Positions 54,720 to 63,796 of a stretch of DNA of 64,000 nucleotides are shown piece by piece. The position numbers were made by a program, and so were the translations under genes. Position 1 is the first letter of the stretch, and the number at the start of each line of letters is the position of its first letter. Under the pieces are notes generated by a model. It did no database searches and was not told the DNA's origin. It saw only the letters and a program-made list of their open reading frames with translations. The stretch comes from Candidatus Woesebacteria bacterium UBA1430 (GTDB lineage Bacteria; Patescibacteriota; Microgenomatia; UBA8517): the NCBI GenBank assembly GCA_002329465.1, contig DCTW01000004.1, forward strand, positions 66,933-130,932, read 5' to 3'.

Positions 54720-55235
54720 ATGGTTGAATATAAACCATCACTACCCCTACCAAAACACATTATCAATCGCAAAAACGCCAACGATAAAGGAGTCGTAATT
54801 CCAATACCTATAATCGAAAGGAAATTAACAATTAAAATCCCCGATTTGTTAAAAACAGAAGCTCTGGGAGCAGCGAACATAGCATCCATGACGCCGGATG
54901 TATTGGGTCATTGTGAAAAATTATACGCAGTAAAATTGAATAAAATGATTGGTGATTCGCCGTTACGCCTTTTACTTCCCCAAAAACGTCTGTTATACGA
55001 ATACAAATATTCCGGCAACCCAAGCACTTTTTTCCAAATTATTTCAATTACCGATCCCATAACAGCAAGTGCTATTGTCTGCACTCGCCCTTTTTTTTGT
55101 GCCAATCAACCAATTGATCCAAATAATCTAGACCTTGTCAAAATCTATCGTTTTTATCCAATGGGAAATTTCCCGGAACCCACGTTTAAAGATACTGAAA
55201 CGGGTGAAGTATTAAATGAGCTAAAACTGCATTAA
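54720..55235 (+). CDS. Hypothetical 171-aa soluble protein
   Basis: ORF with its own promoter; no TM and no recognised motif. Confidence 0.45.
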   Translation: MVEYKPSLPLPKHIINRKNANDKGVVIPIPIIERKLTIKIPDLLKTEALGAANIASMTPDVLGHCEKLYAVKLNKMIGDSPLRLLLPQKRLLYEYKYSGNPSTFFQIISITDPITASAIVCTRPFFCANQPIDPNNLDLVKIYRFYPMGNFPEPTFKDTETGEVLNELKLH

Positions 55236-55253
55236 AGTTTTGAACATCTTTTC

Positions 55254-56453
55254 TTACTCATATCTTATAGCCTCAATAGGCGTCAAATTGGCAGCCCTTC
55301 TTGCCGGGAACACACCGAAAAATACTCCGATAAAAGAAGATATCCCAATAGCGGCAAAAACAGCCAAAAAATTTAAAGCCACAGGAAAAAATGGCCTGAC
55401 AACTAAAACAATAAGCGCGGAGGCAACAAGCCCCATTATCCCTCCAAGCCCGGATAAAAGCACACTTTCTGCAACAAACTGAACCAAAATATCCTTCTTT
55501 GTTGCGCCAATCGCCCGTCTTATCCCAATCTCCTTAGTTCTCTCGGTCACATTAGCATACATTATATTCATAATTCCAATACCGCCGACTATCAAAGATA
55601 TCGATCCAATAGCTACCAAAACCGAATTTATCATCCCAAAAATCTGGTTTACAACATCCAAAAGCTCAGACTGTTCGGATACCGAAAACTCATCTTCTTC
55701 ATATCTTTTTAAAAGAGCTTCTTCAATATCGCTCTTAACTCCCTCTATTGCGCCCTCGGAATCTACTCCGACATAAATCGTAAAAAAATTTTTATCCGGA
55801 TTAATGCTTCCAAAAGTAGTTTTATATGACATAAAAATCCCGCCATCCATCTCAGGATCCCCCATCTTTTCAACAACGCCTATTACTTTAAATCTCTGAT
55901 TACCCAGGCGCACCGTTTTTCCGATAGCATTTCCCGCATCATCAAAAAGTTTCTCAGCAATGCTTATACCCAAAACTACATCCTTAGACCTGCTTGAAAT
56001 ATCTTGTCCTTCAAGTATCCTTCCCTCAACAGCTTTAAGATCCATAAGCTTAAACAAGTCTTCGTTCGTCCCCATAAGTGACGCCAACTCCTCTTTTTCT
56101 AAAGAAGTAACAACCATAGATTTCATAAATATCGGCACAACATAGTCAATGTTATCCACCCGGCTAATCGTATTCAAATCCCGCTCATCAAATCTTATTC
56201 CCGTAGCAAGGCTTGATCCAAAAGATGAAAAACCTCCCTCACTAAGGTCGTTTCCCGGCATAATCATAACCAAATTGCTCCCCATATTCTCAAACTGCTG
56301 CCTAATATAATTTTTAAGCCCTATCCCAAGAGCAATAAGCATAACCACCGAAAAAACGCCTATCGTTATACCCAAAGAAGCAAGAATGGTTCGCGTTTTA
56401 TTTCGCTTAAAATCCTCAAAAGCATTTTTTAACAAAAAAGAGTAATAATTCAT
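55254..56453 (-). CDS. ABC transporter permease, MacB/FtsX type
   Basis: TM1, a large extracytoplasmic MacB_PCD-like domain, then three C-terminal TMs with RTKEIGIRRAIGATKKDI. ATG 56453 lies 1 nt after the ATPase stop. Confidence 0.88.
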   Translation of the reverse strand: MNYYSFLLKNAFEDFKRNKTRTILASLGITIGVFSVVMLIALGIGLKNYIRQQFENMGSNLVMIMPGNDLSEGGFSSFGSSLATGIRFDERDLNTISRVDNIDYVVPIFMKSMVVTSLEKEELASLMGTNEDLFKLMDLKAVEGRILEGQDISSRSKDVVLGISIAEKLFDDAGNAIGKTVRLGNQRFKVIGVVEKMGDPEMDGGIFMSYKTTFGSINPDKNFFTIYVGVDSEGAIEGVKSDIEEALLKRYEEDEFSVSEQSELLDVVNQIFGMINSVLVAIGSISLIVGGIGIMNIMYANVTERTKEIGIRRAIGATKKDILVQFVAESVLLSGLGGIMGLVASALIVLVVRPFFPVALNFLAVFAAIGISSFIGVFFGVFPARRAANLTPIEAIRYE

Positions 56454-56454
56454 T

Positions 56455-57129
56455 CTAATATTTATCAACAATAACACCGTCTTTTACGTATATTTTTCTT
56501 TTTGTTCTCTCGGCCACCTCGCTCTCATGAGTAACAACAACAATAGTTACACCAAGATCCTTGTTCAAACTCTCAAGAAGCTTCATAATCTCATCCCCCG
56601 TTTTACTGTCAATATTGCCCGTAGGCTCATCAGCCAAAATAAGCTTGGGTTTCATTATCAACGCTCTAGCTATGGCGGTTCTTTGCTGCTGTCCTCCGGA
56701 AATTTTATTGGGATAAAAATTAGCCCTATCTTCAATGCCAAATCTCTCCAAAAGCTCAAGCGCATACTCCCGTGGGTTAAAAGAAAGCTTATTCTTTGCA
56801 TACTGCGCTGGAAGCATTACATTCTCAAGCACGCTAAACTTCTCAATCAGATTGAACTGTTGAAATACAAATCCTATATTTTCATTCCTTAAAGAAGAAA
56901 TTTCCGAATCGTTTAATTTGCTCGTATCTTTGTCAAACAAATAAACCGCACCGCTCGTCGGTTGATCCAAAAGACCTATAATGTGCATTAAGGTTGACTT
57001 GCCGCTTCCCGAAGATCCCAATATTCCCACATAATCTTTATCTTTAATCTCAATATTTACGCTCTTTAGCGCCTCTACTTTCTCCTCACCAAGCCAATAA
57101 GTTTTATCGACATTTTTAAGTTTAATCAT
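56455..57129 (-). CDS. ABC transporter ATP-binding protein (MacB/LolD-type)
   Basis: GSSGSGKST, ISGGQQQRTAIARAL, LILADEPTGNID, THE. Confidence 0.93.
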   Translation of the reverse strand: MIKLKNVDKTYWLGEEKVEALKSVNIEIKDKDYVGILGSSGSGKSTLMHIIGLLDQPTSGAVYLFDKDTSKLNDSEISSLRNENIGFVFQQFNLIEKFSVLENVMLPAQYAKNKLSFNPREYALELLERFGIEDRANFYPNKISGGQQQRTAIARALIMKPKLILADEPTGNIDSKTGDEIMKLLESLNKDLGVTIVVVTHESEVAERTKRKIYVKDGVIVDKY

Positions 57130-58132
57130 CCCAGATTAAATCTCCCTCGTTAAAATCTCCCTTTATTTCAACGCGGTCTTCACCCTCTACACCAATCTCG
57201 ACTTCTACTTTATCCTTCTTTTTATTTATATAAACAAAACTTTTCCCATCTTCGTCTCTATTTATAAATTTAGGATCAACATAAAGGACATCTTTTACCT
57301 CTTCAAGCACAAAACTCGCATCTCCTGTCATTCCAAGCCTATATTCAAAATCTTCATTCGAAACGCCATCAAATTCCACTTTCACGGCATACGATACTCC
57401 TATTTCCTCCTGGCTAGGTGAAATCGCTATTTCCGAAATACTGCCCGAAAACTCCTTCTCGGAAAAAGAATCAAGAACAATTCCTACATAGTCCCCCTCC
57501 TTTAACCTAACAACCTCTGTTTGATCCGCGGTAACCTCAAAATATATTGTTTCAGGATCAACTATCTCATATTGAGCCTGGTTATAAATAATATTCACCC
57601 CGGGATTCGGATGACTAACGTAAGCAACAACCCCATCAAAAGGAGCATAAATAGTAGCATCATTCAAAGCAGAAAGAGCTTTAAGATAGTTCTCATACGC
57701 CTTATCTTTAGCAACCTCAGCAGCAGTCCTAGTTTCTTTTTCTGTAAAAGTCTCATCTGATTCGCTATCCTTTACACCATCATAAACTCTCTCAAGCGTT
57801 GCCTCAGCGCTTCTTAAATCAGACTTGGCCTGCTGAAAAGTTGAATTTAAAAGTGCTGTATCAAGCTTAGCAATCGCTTGCCCACGCCTAACTCTATCGC
57901 CCTCACTTACTCCAACCCACGCAATCTTCCCGCTACTGGAAAACTGCAAAACCGCATGTTTCTTCGCCACAACCTCACCGGTCAAGATAAGCTCCTCCTT
58001 AACATCACCTCGCATTACAAACGTACTTTCCATTCCGTCCCCATCTCTTAAAACAAAGTACCAAACGCCAGCTATTAAGACAGCTCCCGCAAACACCACC
58101 GCTATATACTTTTTCTTCAAAAACCTTCTCAT
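57122..58132 (-). CDS. HlyD/MacA-type membrane-fusion (periplasmic adaptor) protein
   Basis: N-terminal TM, lipoyl-like VSEGDRVRRGQAIAKLD, coiled-coil hairpin, IYAPFDGVVAYV, beta-barrel and MP domains. Confidence 0.75.
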   Translation of the reverse strand: MRRFLKKKYIAVVFAGAVLIAGVWYFVLRDGDGMESTFVMRGDVKEELILTGEVVAKKHAVLQFSSSGKIAWVGVSEGDRVRRGQAIAKLDTALLNSTFQQAKSDLRSAEATLERVYDGVKDSESDETFTEKETRTAAEVAKDKAYENYLKALSALNDATIYAPFDGVVAYVSHPNPGVNIIYNQAQYEIVDPETIYFEVTADQTEVVRLKEGDYVGIVLDSFSEKEFSGSISEIAISPSQEEIGVSYAVKVEFDGVSNEDFEYRLGMTGDASFVLEEVKDVLYVDPKFINRDEDGKSFVYINKKKDKVEVEIGVEGEDRVEIKGDFNEGDLIWDD

Positions 58133-58182
58133 AAATTAATTCTAGCGTATATTCTACATCCAAACCCCATTAATAACAAAAA

Positions 58183-58210
58183 TTGACACAACGGGGAAAT
58201 ACCGTATAAC
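58183..58210 (+). promoter_or_regulatory. Candidate promoter (TTGACA-16 nt-TATAAC), with the orf279 ATG 9 nt after the -10
   Basis: Hexamers at 58183..58188 and 58205..58210; ATG at 58220; no SD. Confidence 0.5.
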
Positions 58211-58219
58211 ATTATAGAT

Positions 58220-59059
58220 ATGGATCAACCTGTCCAAGATAATAACGCATCATCTACAAATCCACAAAACGGACCGATATTTACACCCAATCCGGAAGCA
58301 ACACAACCATCCACCGATTCCACGACCGCTCCCCAAAGCCCGCCCCAACAAAATAGCGATCCTGTCAACATAGTAACATCAGAACCACCACAATCAGGCA
58401 ACGGAAACGGCAAAAAGGCTATATTTGCAATAGCAGGAATTACGGTTTTAATAACAGGTCTTGTTACAGGAGTCTTCCTTATAGGAAGAACCAACCTCAG
58501 AAAAAGCAGCGCGTGGGATTGTAGTGGCTATACTTTTAAACTGGAAAAAACAGGAGAAGTTATAGCAAGCAATCTTTCTGCCTATAACGAACCTCCCCAA
58601 CAAGCAAGAGTTATTATAAATTCCCAAGAAGTAGCAGTTTTTGATGTACCGGCATTAGCCTCGGGAGACACAGCCTCTCTCGGTAATGTTCAACCTCCAA
58701 CTGGTAGCTATAGCTGGGAAATAGTAGGCACTGTTGACTGCAGCAATTCAGGCTCCCACGAACAAGAAATTACGGCACGATGCGAAATCATCAAAGCATA
58801 CGACACCGAAGGCAACCTTCTCAACTTGGACGAGCTAAGCGCACTTCCAGGGGGAAGTACGGTAAGATTTACTGTTTTGGGAAGTACAAGCGAAGGAATT
58901 TTTGATAAAGCAAAATTTATCATTAACGACAGCCCACAAGAAGTAACTAATAAAAACGAATCTGGCGAATTCTACATAGATTACCAAATTCCCGAAGGCA
59001 CAAACACCATAAAAGTTGATGCCCAAGTCCACCACTCGACACTAGACAATTGGTACTAA
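58220..59059 (+). CDS. Bitopic surface protein: Q/P/T-rich N-terminus, one TM, Cys-containing beta-rich ectodomain
   Basis: ORF; TM at AIFAIAGITVLITGLVTGVFLIG; four Cys in the ectodomain. Confidence 0.55.
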   Translation: MDQPVQDNNASSTNPQNGPIFTPNPEATQPSTDSTTAPQSPPQQNSDPVNIVTSEPPQSGNGNGKKAIFAIAGITVLITGLVTGVFLIGRTNLRKSSAWDCSGYTFKLEKTGEVIASNLSAYNEPPQQARVIINSQEVAVFDVPALASGDTASLGNVQPPTGSYSWEIVGTVDCSNSGSHEQEITARCEIIKAYDTEGNLLNLDELSALPGGSTVRFTVLGSTSEGIFDKAKFIINDSPQEVTNKNESGEFYIDYQIPEGTNTIKVDAQVHHSTLDNWY

Positions 59060-59060
59060 T

Positions 59061-59588
59061 ATGAAATATATAAAACAAAACTTATTTACAATCTTAATAG
59101 TATTAGCAACAGTTATTCTTGCCGTTATTGCCGTATTTACAGCTATAAAACTCTATACAGGCGAGCAAAAACCACAAGCTCCGACAGCGCCGCAAAGCGT
59201 TCCTGAAGCAAAAGTAGAAACACAAAACACCCAATGCCAATCGCTGGTATTTACTCTGTCAACCCCCACAGCCACTCCAACAGCTACTCCCGAGGCAACA
59301 CCAAGCCCATCAGCCACACCAAAAGAAACCTCTACACCGTCTCCTACGCCGACATCTACACCCGAAGAAACATCTACTCCGTCACCGTCTCCTACTCCTA
59401 CTTCTACATCAACGCCGTCAGGAACATCAACTCCCGCGCCGACATCTACACCCACAGATACGCCGGCAACCGCGACTCCCACACCCACCCAAGAAGCCAT
59501 GCCGGCTGCTGGCGTAGCATTACCAACGATTATCGGAGTAAGCGCGGGTGTAATTCTAATCCTTGGAGCACTTCTCTTGGCTCTATAA
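59061..59588 (+). CDS. Thr/Pro-rich stalk surface protein with signal anchor and C-terminal sorting-signal-like TM
   Basis: N-terminal TM, about 80 residues of (T/S/A/E)P repeats, and the end MPAAGVALPTIIGVSAGVILILGALLLAL. Confidence 0.6.
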   Translation: MKYIKQNLFTILIVLATVILAVIAVFTAIKLYTGEQKPQAPTAPQSVPEAKVETQNTQCQSLVFTLSTPTATPTATPEATPSPSATPKETSTPSPTPTSTPEETSTPSPSPTPTSTSTPSGTSTPAPTSTPTDTPATATPTPTQEAMPAAGVALPTIIGVSAGVILILGALLLAL

Positions 59589-59592
59589 AAAA

Positions 59593-61206
59593 TTAAAACA
59601 AATCAATTTGCGTAGTTTTAGAACGTTTAGAACTCTTTTTTCGAAACACTCTCTCTACCTCAACACCTTCTAATTCATAATAATATCTTGAGATCTGACA
59701 ATTAGCACCATCCCTATTCAACGAACTCATCAAATAAAGCTCGTCTTTTGCTCTTGTCATAGCTACATATAAAAGCCTTTTTTCTTCATCCAACCGCCCA
59801 TCATCTTCTCCTGCCTTTAAATAAGGGATTGCACCCTCTTCAAATCCGATTACAAAAACAAATCTAAACTCAAGGCCCTTAGAAGCATGCATGCTCATAA
59901 TCGTCAAAAGATCTGCATTTTTATCGTAGTATTCATTTCTCCTTACATCCTCAACTATGTTTAAAAACGCACCCACATCTAAATCTAAATACAAAGAAAC
60001 ATAATTCAAAAAATCATCAAATTTTTTAGATTTTTTAACAAATTCACCCTTTTTTAAAATTTCCTCAAGACAAACACCAAGCTTCATATGAAAATAGCGC
60101 TTTTCGGAAAGAATTGATAAAACTTTTTTCACCTCACTATTTTCAAAAATAGATTCCTCACCCACAACCTGGTGTGGCATACCAGACTCCTCAATCATTT
60201 TTCGCACAATTCTACCAATCCTATGAGTTCTGTAAACTATTGCAAAATCGCCAAACCCGACATCAGCTGAGCCTTGCGCACCCACCTCATTCAAATCAAG
60301 TCCCCCCATCCTTTTTTTAATAAAATTAACAACCCATCTTGCCTCTGCATATTCGTTTGCCACATACATAACACACACCCGGCCAGGTTCCTGTCTTACC
60401 GGCTCGTGTTTATAAGCTTCACTTTCAAACAGCCGGCTGCTAAATCCAATTATCTCCCTACTATTTCTGTAATTCTTGTCAAAAAAAATTCTTTCGGAAT
60501 CCGGAAAATCAAGCTCAAATCTTTTAAAAACACTCTGTATGGAACCTCTAAAAGTATAAATAGACTGGTTTGGATCCCCAATTACATTAATATTTCTCGT
60601 TTCCTTCTCGAATTTCTTCAATATCTCATACTGAACGTCATTCACGTCCTGAAACTCATCTACAAGCACCCATTTATAACCCATCTTTGCCTTTTTCAAA
60701 TATCTTAAATAATCAAGCAAAAGATCATCATAATCCTTTAGTCCTCTCTGTTTAAGTAATCTGTTATAATCTTTAAGAACGTTTTCCACAAACCCACCCG
60801 CACTAGCTAATAAATTAGCCTTTTTATTCGACACAGCCAAAGAAACCTCCCGATCGGAAAGGTCCAAACCGTATTTCTTCTTTAAATTTCTAAGCATCTT
60901 AGACCTTTCATCATTGTTTACAATATCAATGTCGGAAAAACGATTCAAATACTCATAAGCCAGAGAGTGAAACGTATGTACCCCACACCCCTTATCCTCA
61001 AATCCGGAAAGCCTCTCTTTTATCTCAAAACAAGCCTTTCTGGTAAAAGTTAATGCCAGTATTTCATTTCCCCCCACACCGTTTCGAAGAAGCTTCTCGA
61101 TCCGGCAAACCAAAGCACGCGTCTTTCCGGTTCCAGGTCCGGCAATAACAAAAAGCGGCCCCTCACCATAATCTACAAATTTAGCCTGATTACTATTAAG
61201 CTCCAT
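59593..61206 (-). CDS. Short UvrD-family SF1 helicase (537 aa)
   Basis: AGPGTGKTRALVCR, VDEFQDVN, GDPNQSIYTFRGS, NYRNS, MSMHASKGLEFRFVFV, KRLLYVAMTRAK. Starts directly after the EndoQ-like stop. Confidence 0.85.
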   Translation of the reverse strand: MELNSNQAKFVDYGEGPLFVIAGPGTGKTRALVCRIEKLLRNGVGGNEILALTFTRKACFEIKERLSGFEDKGCGVHTFHSLAYEYLNRFSDIDIVNNDERSKMLRNLKKKYGLDLSDREVSLAVSNKKANLLASAGGFVENVLKDYNRLLKQRGLKDYDDLLLDYLRYLKKAKMGYKWVLVDEFQDVNDVQYEILKKFEKETRNINVIGDPNQSIYTFRGSIQSVFKRFELDFPDSERIFFDKNYRNSREIIGFSSRLFESEAYKHEPVRQEPGRVCVMYVANEYAEARWVVNFIKKRMGGLDLNEVGAQGSADVGFGDFAIVYRTHRIGRIVRKMIEESGMPHQVVGEESIFENSEVKKVLSILSEKRYFHMKLGVCLEEILKKGEFVKKSKKFDDFLNYVSLYLDLDVGAFLNIVEDVRRNEYYDKNADLLTIMSMHASKGLEFRFVFVIGFEEGAIPYLKAGEDDGRLDEEKRLLYVAMTRAKDELYLMSSLNRDGANCQISRYYYELEGVEVERVFRKKSSKRSKTTQIDLF

Positions 61207-62490
61207 CTAAATATCAAGTGCGAGCTGGTTAGAAGAATCCTTTCCCTCAAAAACCTTTACCACCCCAAACACACCGTCATACCCCGGCTCAATCTTTAAA
61301 TTTCCGCTTCTCATTCTTTCAATAGCTTCCTTAAGCCTAACTCCACCCGCCTTCTCAATATCTGCCAAATTCACATCCCTTAATATACTAAACTCACTCC
61401 CCAGCAAAGCACAAAGCTCGTTATAAACTCCGGTTACGCTCTTTGCATTAACGGAAACAATCCCCAGAGTTTCCGCTATTATATTGTCAAGAGGAACAAT
61501 ATATTCAACACTTTTATGTTTTTTGGGTTTATATTCGCTACTTCTATCCGAAAGATCATTCACTCTATGCATTACCCCCAAAACCAAAGGCTCACCACAC
61601 TTCGGACAAATATTATTATTTTTCAACGCCTCCTCGGGTGCCATGCATACACTACACATTCTATGTCCGTCATAATGATATTTACCCTCCTCTGGATAAA
61701 ATTCAATAGTACCAACAAAACGCTCATCTCCGCTTTTTATTGCACCCATAATTTGATCGTAATCAATCCCGCAATCAATAACATTCGCCTCTCGCCCCAA
61801 TTTTTTTGGCGAATGAGCATCGGAATTGGAAACCAAGGTCAAACCATCCAAATCCTTAACCCTCCAATTCATATAAGGATCGGATGAAAGGCCTGTTTCA
61901 ACCGCGTAGATGTATTTCGAACTCTCCCCAAAAGCTTCTTCAACCGAATCAAAACCGCTTTTACTTCCAAACATCGAAAACCAAGGAGTCCAAATATGAG
62001 CCGGTATAAAAAAATTGCCAGATCCGCTGTCAAGAGCAATTTTTAGCAACTCCTCACTATCAAGTCCAAGTATCGGCCTCCCGTCTGACTTTAAATTCCC
62101 GATTTTTGAAAGTTTGGCATTTAGCCTGTCAACACTTTTGAATTCGGAAGAAATAACTACATTGTGTACCTTCCTTACCTTTCCCCCTCTTTTGTATATA
62201 TTACTTATCTCAACAGTCAAAACAAACCGCAAAACACTATCCCGTACGCTTTTTGGTAAAGCCCTGTCCAAAGAATCCGAAAATTTTTTCTTTAGCTTAA
62301 AAAGGCCATTCTCGGCAGGTTCAAGTTTCTCTTTTAACTCGGCCAGCCACAAAGGATGTGTAAAATCGCCGCTACCGATTATGTTTATGCCCTTAAGCTT
62401 TCCCCAGCTATAAAGCGAGGAAAGATCCATATCACGGCTAGTTGCCCGCGAATAATGAGAATGTAAATGCAAATCTACAATCAGTTTCAC
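61207..62490 (-). CDS. Endonuclease Q (EndoQ, TIGR00375-like) family PHP-domain nuclease with zinc ribbon
   Basis: DLHLHSHYSRATS, GSGDFTHP, IPAHIWTPW, SNSDAHSPKKLGREAN, GKYHYDGH, CPKCGEPL, GSEF, PGYDGVFG. This follows the P. furiosus EndoQ motif order as I recall it. Confidence 0.78.
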   Translation of the reverse strand: MKLIVDLHLHSHYSRATSRDMDLSSLYSWGKLKGINIIGSGDFTHPLWLAELKEKLEPAENGLFKLKKKFSDSLDRALPKSVRDSVLRFVLTVEISNIYKRGGKVRKVHNVVISSEFKSVDRLNAKLSKIGNLKSDGRPILGLDSEELLKIALDSGSGNFFIPAHIWTPWFSMFGSKSGFDSVEEAFGESSKYIYAVETGLSSDPYMNWRVKDLDGLTLVSNSDAHSPKKLGREANVIDCGIDYDQIMGAIKSGDERFVGTIEFYPEEGKYHYDGHRMCSVCMAPEEALKNNNICPKCGEPLVLGVMHRVNDLSDRSSEYKPKKHKSVEYIVPLDNIIAETLGIVSVNAKSVTGVYNELCALLGSEFSILRDVNLADIEKAGGVRLKEAIERMRSGNLKIEPGYDGVFGVVKVFEGKDSSNQLALDI

Positions 62491-62494
62491 ACCA

Positions 62495-63043
62495 TTAATA
62501 TCCCAAATCCTCCATCATGGAATTAACATCCACAAACTCCACATCCGAAGGAAGATCAAACATTGACTCAGAAATGTCGTAAGATTCGCAATTATAAACA
62601 ACATCACTACCGTAATCTACTTGTTCCCAAACATCGGATCCCTGGACACCAGGCTCAATTTCACTTTCATCATAACAAGCTTTTACTCCCTGGCTTTGCC
62701 CCTCAATCCAAGTATAGCTACAATTATCCTTAACTATTACTTGTCCCGTCTGTCCTTCTGCGGTATCAATACTGCCTTTATAATTTGCCCCCTTAATATA
62801 TCCCTCATAAACATTCCCCTCAATCCCATAACTACACTTCAATCCGGATCCACGGGCTATCATATCCTTCAAAGAACCCGTAACCATTTCGATCCCGCTC
62901 GGCTCATCGGCGGAACCGGTCTCCTCAACGTTGTTGGGCACAACAATGTCCTCAGTCGCTCCATCATCTTTCGAGAAAAAATATACTACTCCCAAAACAA
63001 TAATGACTGCCAAAACCAAAACCGGTATCAAAAATTTTTTCAT
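62495..63043 (-). CDS. Secreted or membrane-anchored acidic protein with 4 Cys, unknown function
   Basis: ORF with an N-terminal signal/TM (FLIPVLVLAVIIVLGVVYFF). Confidence 0.5.
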   Translation of the reverse strand: MKKFLIPVLVLAVIIVLGVVYFFSKDDGATEDIVVPNNVEETGSADEPSGIEMVTGSLKDMIARGSGLKCSYGIEGNVYEGYIKGANYKGSIDTAEGQTGQVIVKDNCSYTWIEGQSQGVKACYDESEIEPGVQGSDVWEQVDYGSDVVYNCESYDISESMFDLPSDVEFVDVNSMMEDLGY

Positions 63044-63045
63044 CC

Positions 63046-63696
63046 TTAATCACCCCCAATTTCTCTAAAGTTTAACACATTCTCTTTTGAAAAACTTGAA
63101 AGCATTTTATCTAATATTTCCTCAAATCCCTGGTTCTTAGGATCCTCAAGAAGATAAAAGATATTTAGATAACCCCCCTCATCACCCCAAGGCAAATAAA
63201 TATTTGTAAATTCACCCAAAGCAGACTCGGTAAACCGATATCCGGATATTCCCCCGATATCCACTTCTTCAACATCACCAACCTCTATATATATCGGGTC
63301 ATTTCTTTTCTCAGAAACAAGCTGATCTACATATTCCAATAAGCTATCATCAGAATAATTGCCCAGAAAAAAAGTCAAAATAATTCCATCATAGACCTCT
63401 GTTCCCCTTGTTTGACTGGGCCCAATAAGCAAAAAACGCACACTTCCGTCCTCATTCTCGGCCACTTCCATTTCGGGAGGATATCTCAAAGAAAAACCGA
63501 AAGCCTCTGATTCAAACATTTTCCAACCATCCAAAACAGGGGGTATATCACTTTCAACCGCAGAAGACATAGAGGTTGGTATAATGCCCGTATTTTGATC
63601 CGAAAAATCATTTCTTCCGAAATTCCCGAAATAACGCCAAAAAACTGTAGCACCTACCAACAAAATCACGAAAACGATTAAAAACACTTTTTTCAT
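63046..63696 (-). CDS. Secreted or membrane-anchored protein, unknown function
   Basis: N-terminal TM, then W-x-x-F-x-S-E-A-F-G-F-S-L-R-Y-P, typical of uncharacterised extracytoplasmic proteins. Confidence 0.5.
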   Translation of the reverse strand: MKKVFLIVFVILLVGATVFWRYFGNFGRNDFSDQNTGIIPTSMSSAVESDIPPVLDGWKMFESEAFGFSLRYPPEMEVAENEDGSVRFLLIGPSQTRGTEVYDGIILTFFLGNYSDDSLLEYVDQLVSEKRNDPIYIEVGDVEEVDIGGISGYRFTESALGEFTNIYLPWGDEGGYLNIFYLLEDPKNQGFEEILDKMLSSFSKENVLNFREIGGD

Positions 63697-63796
63697 CTAT
63701 CAAATTGTATGTTTATCCCCCACTAATTAACAAGCAGCATTTGACATTAACCAATTTACAATGAAAAAATTAATAAAAGAAAGGAGGTGAAAATAA

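Noticed and set aside
59153-59596. ORFs 59153..59500(-) and 59234..59596(+) in the Thr/Pro-rich region
   Set aside because: These are alternative frames of an ACN/CCN repeat region, giving Gly/Val-rich and Ser/Tyr/Arg-rich nonsense. The frame with a signal anchor and C-terminal TM is the coherent one.
59593-61206. Gabija-like (GajB) interpretation of the short UvrD helicase
   Set aside because: The adjacent gene is a PHP/EndoQ-type nuclease. It is not an OLD-family ATPase-TOPRIM protein (GajA), and no other defence-island hallmarks are nearby.
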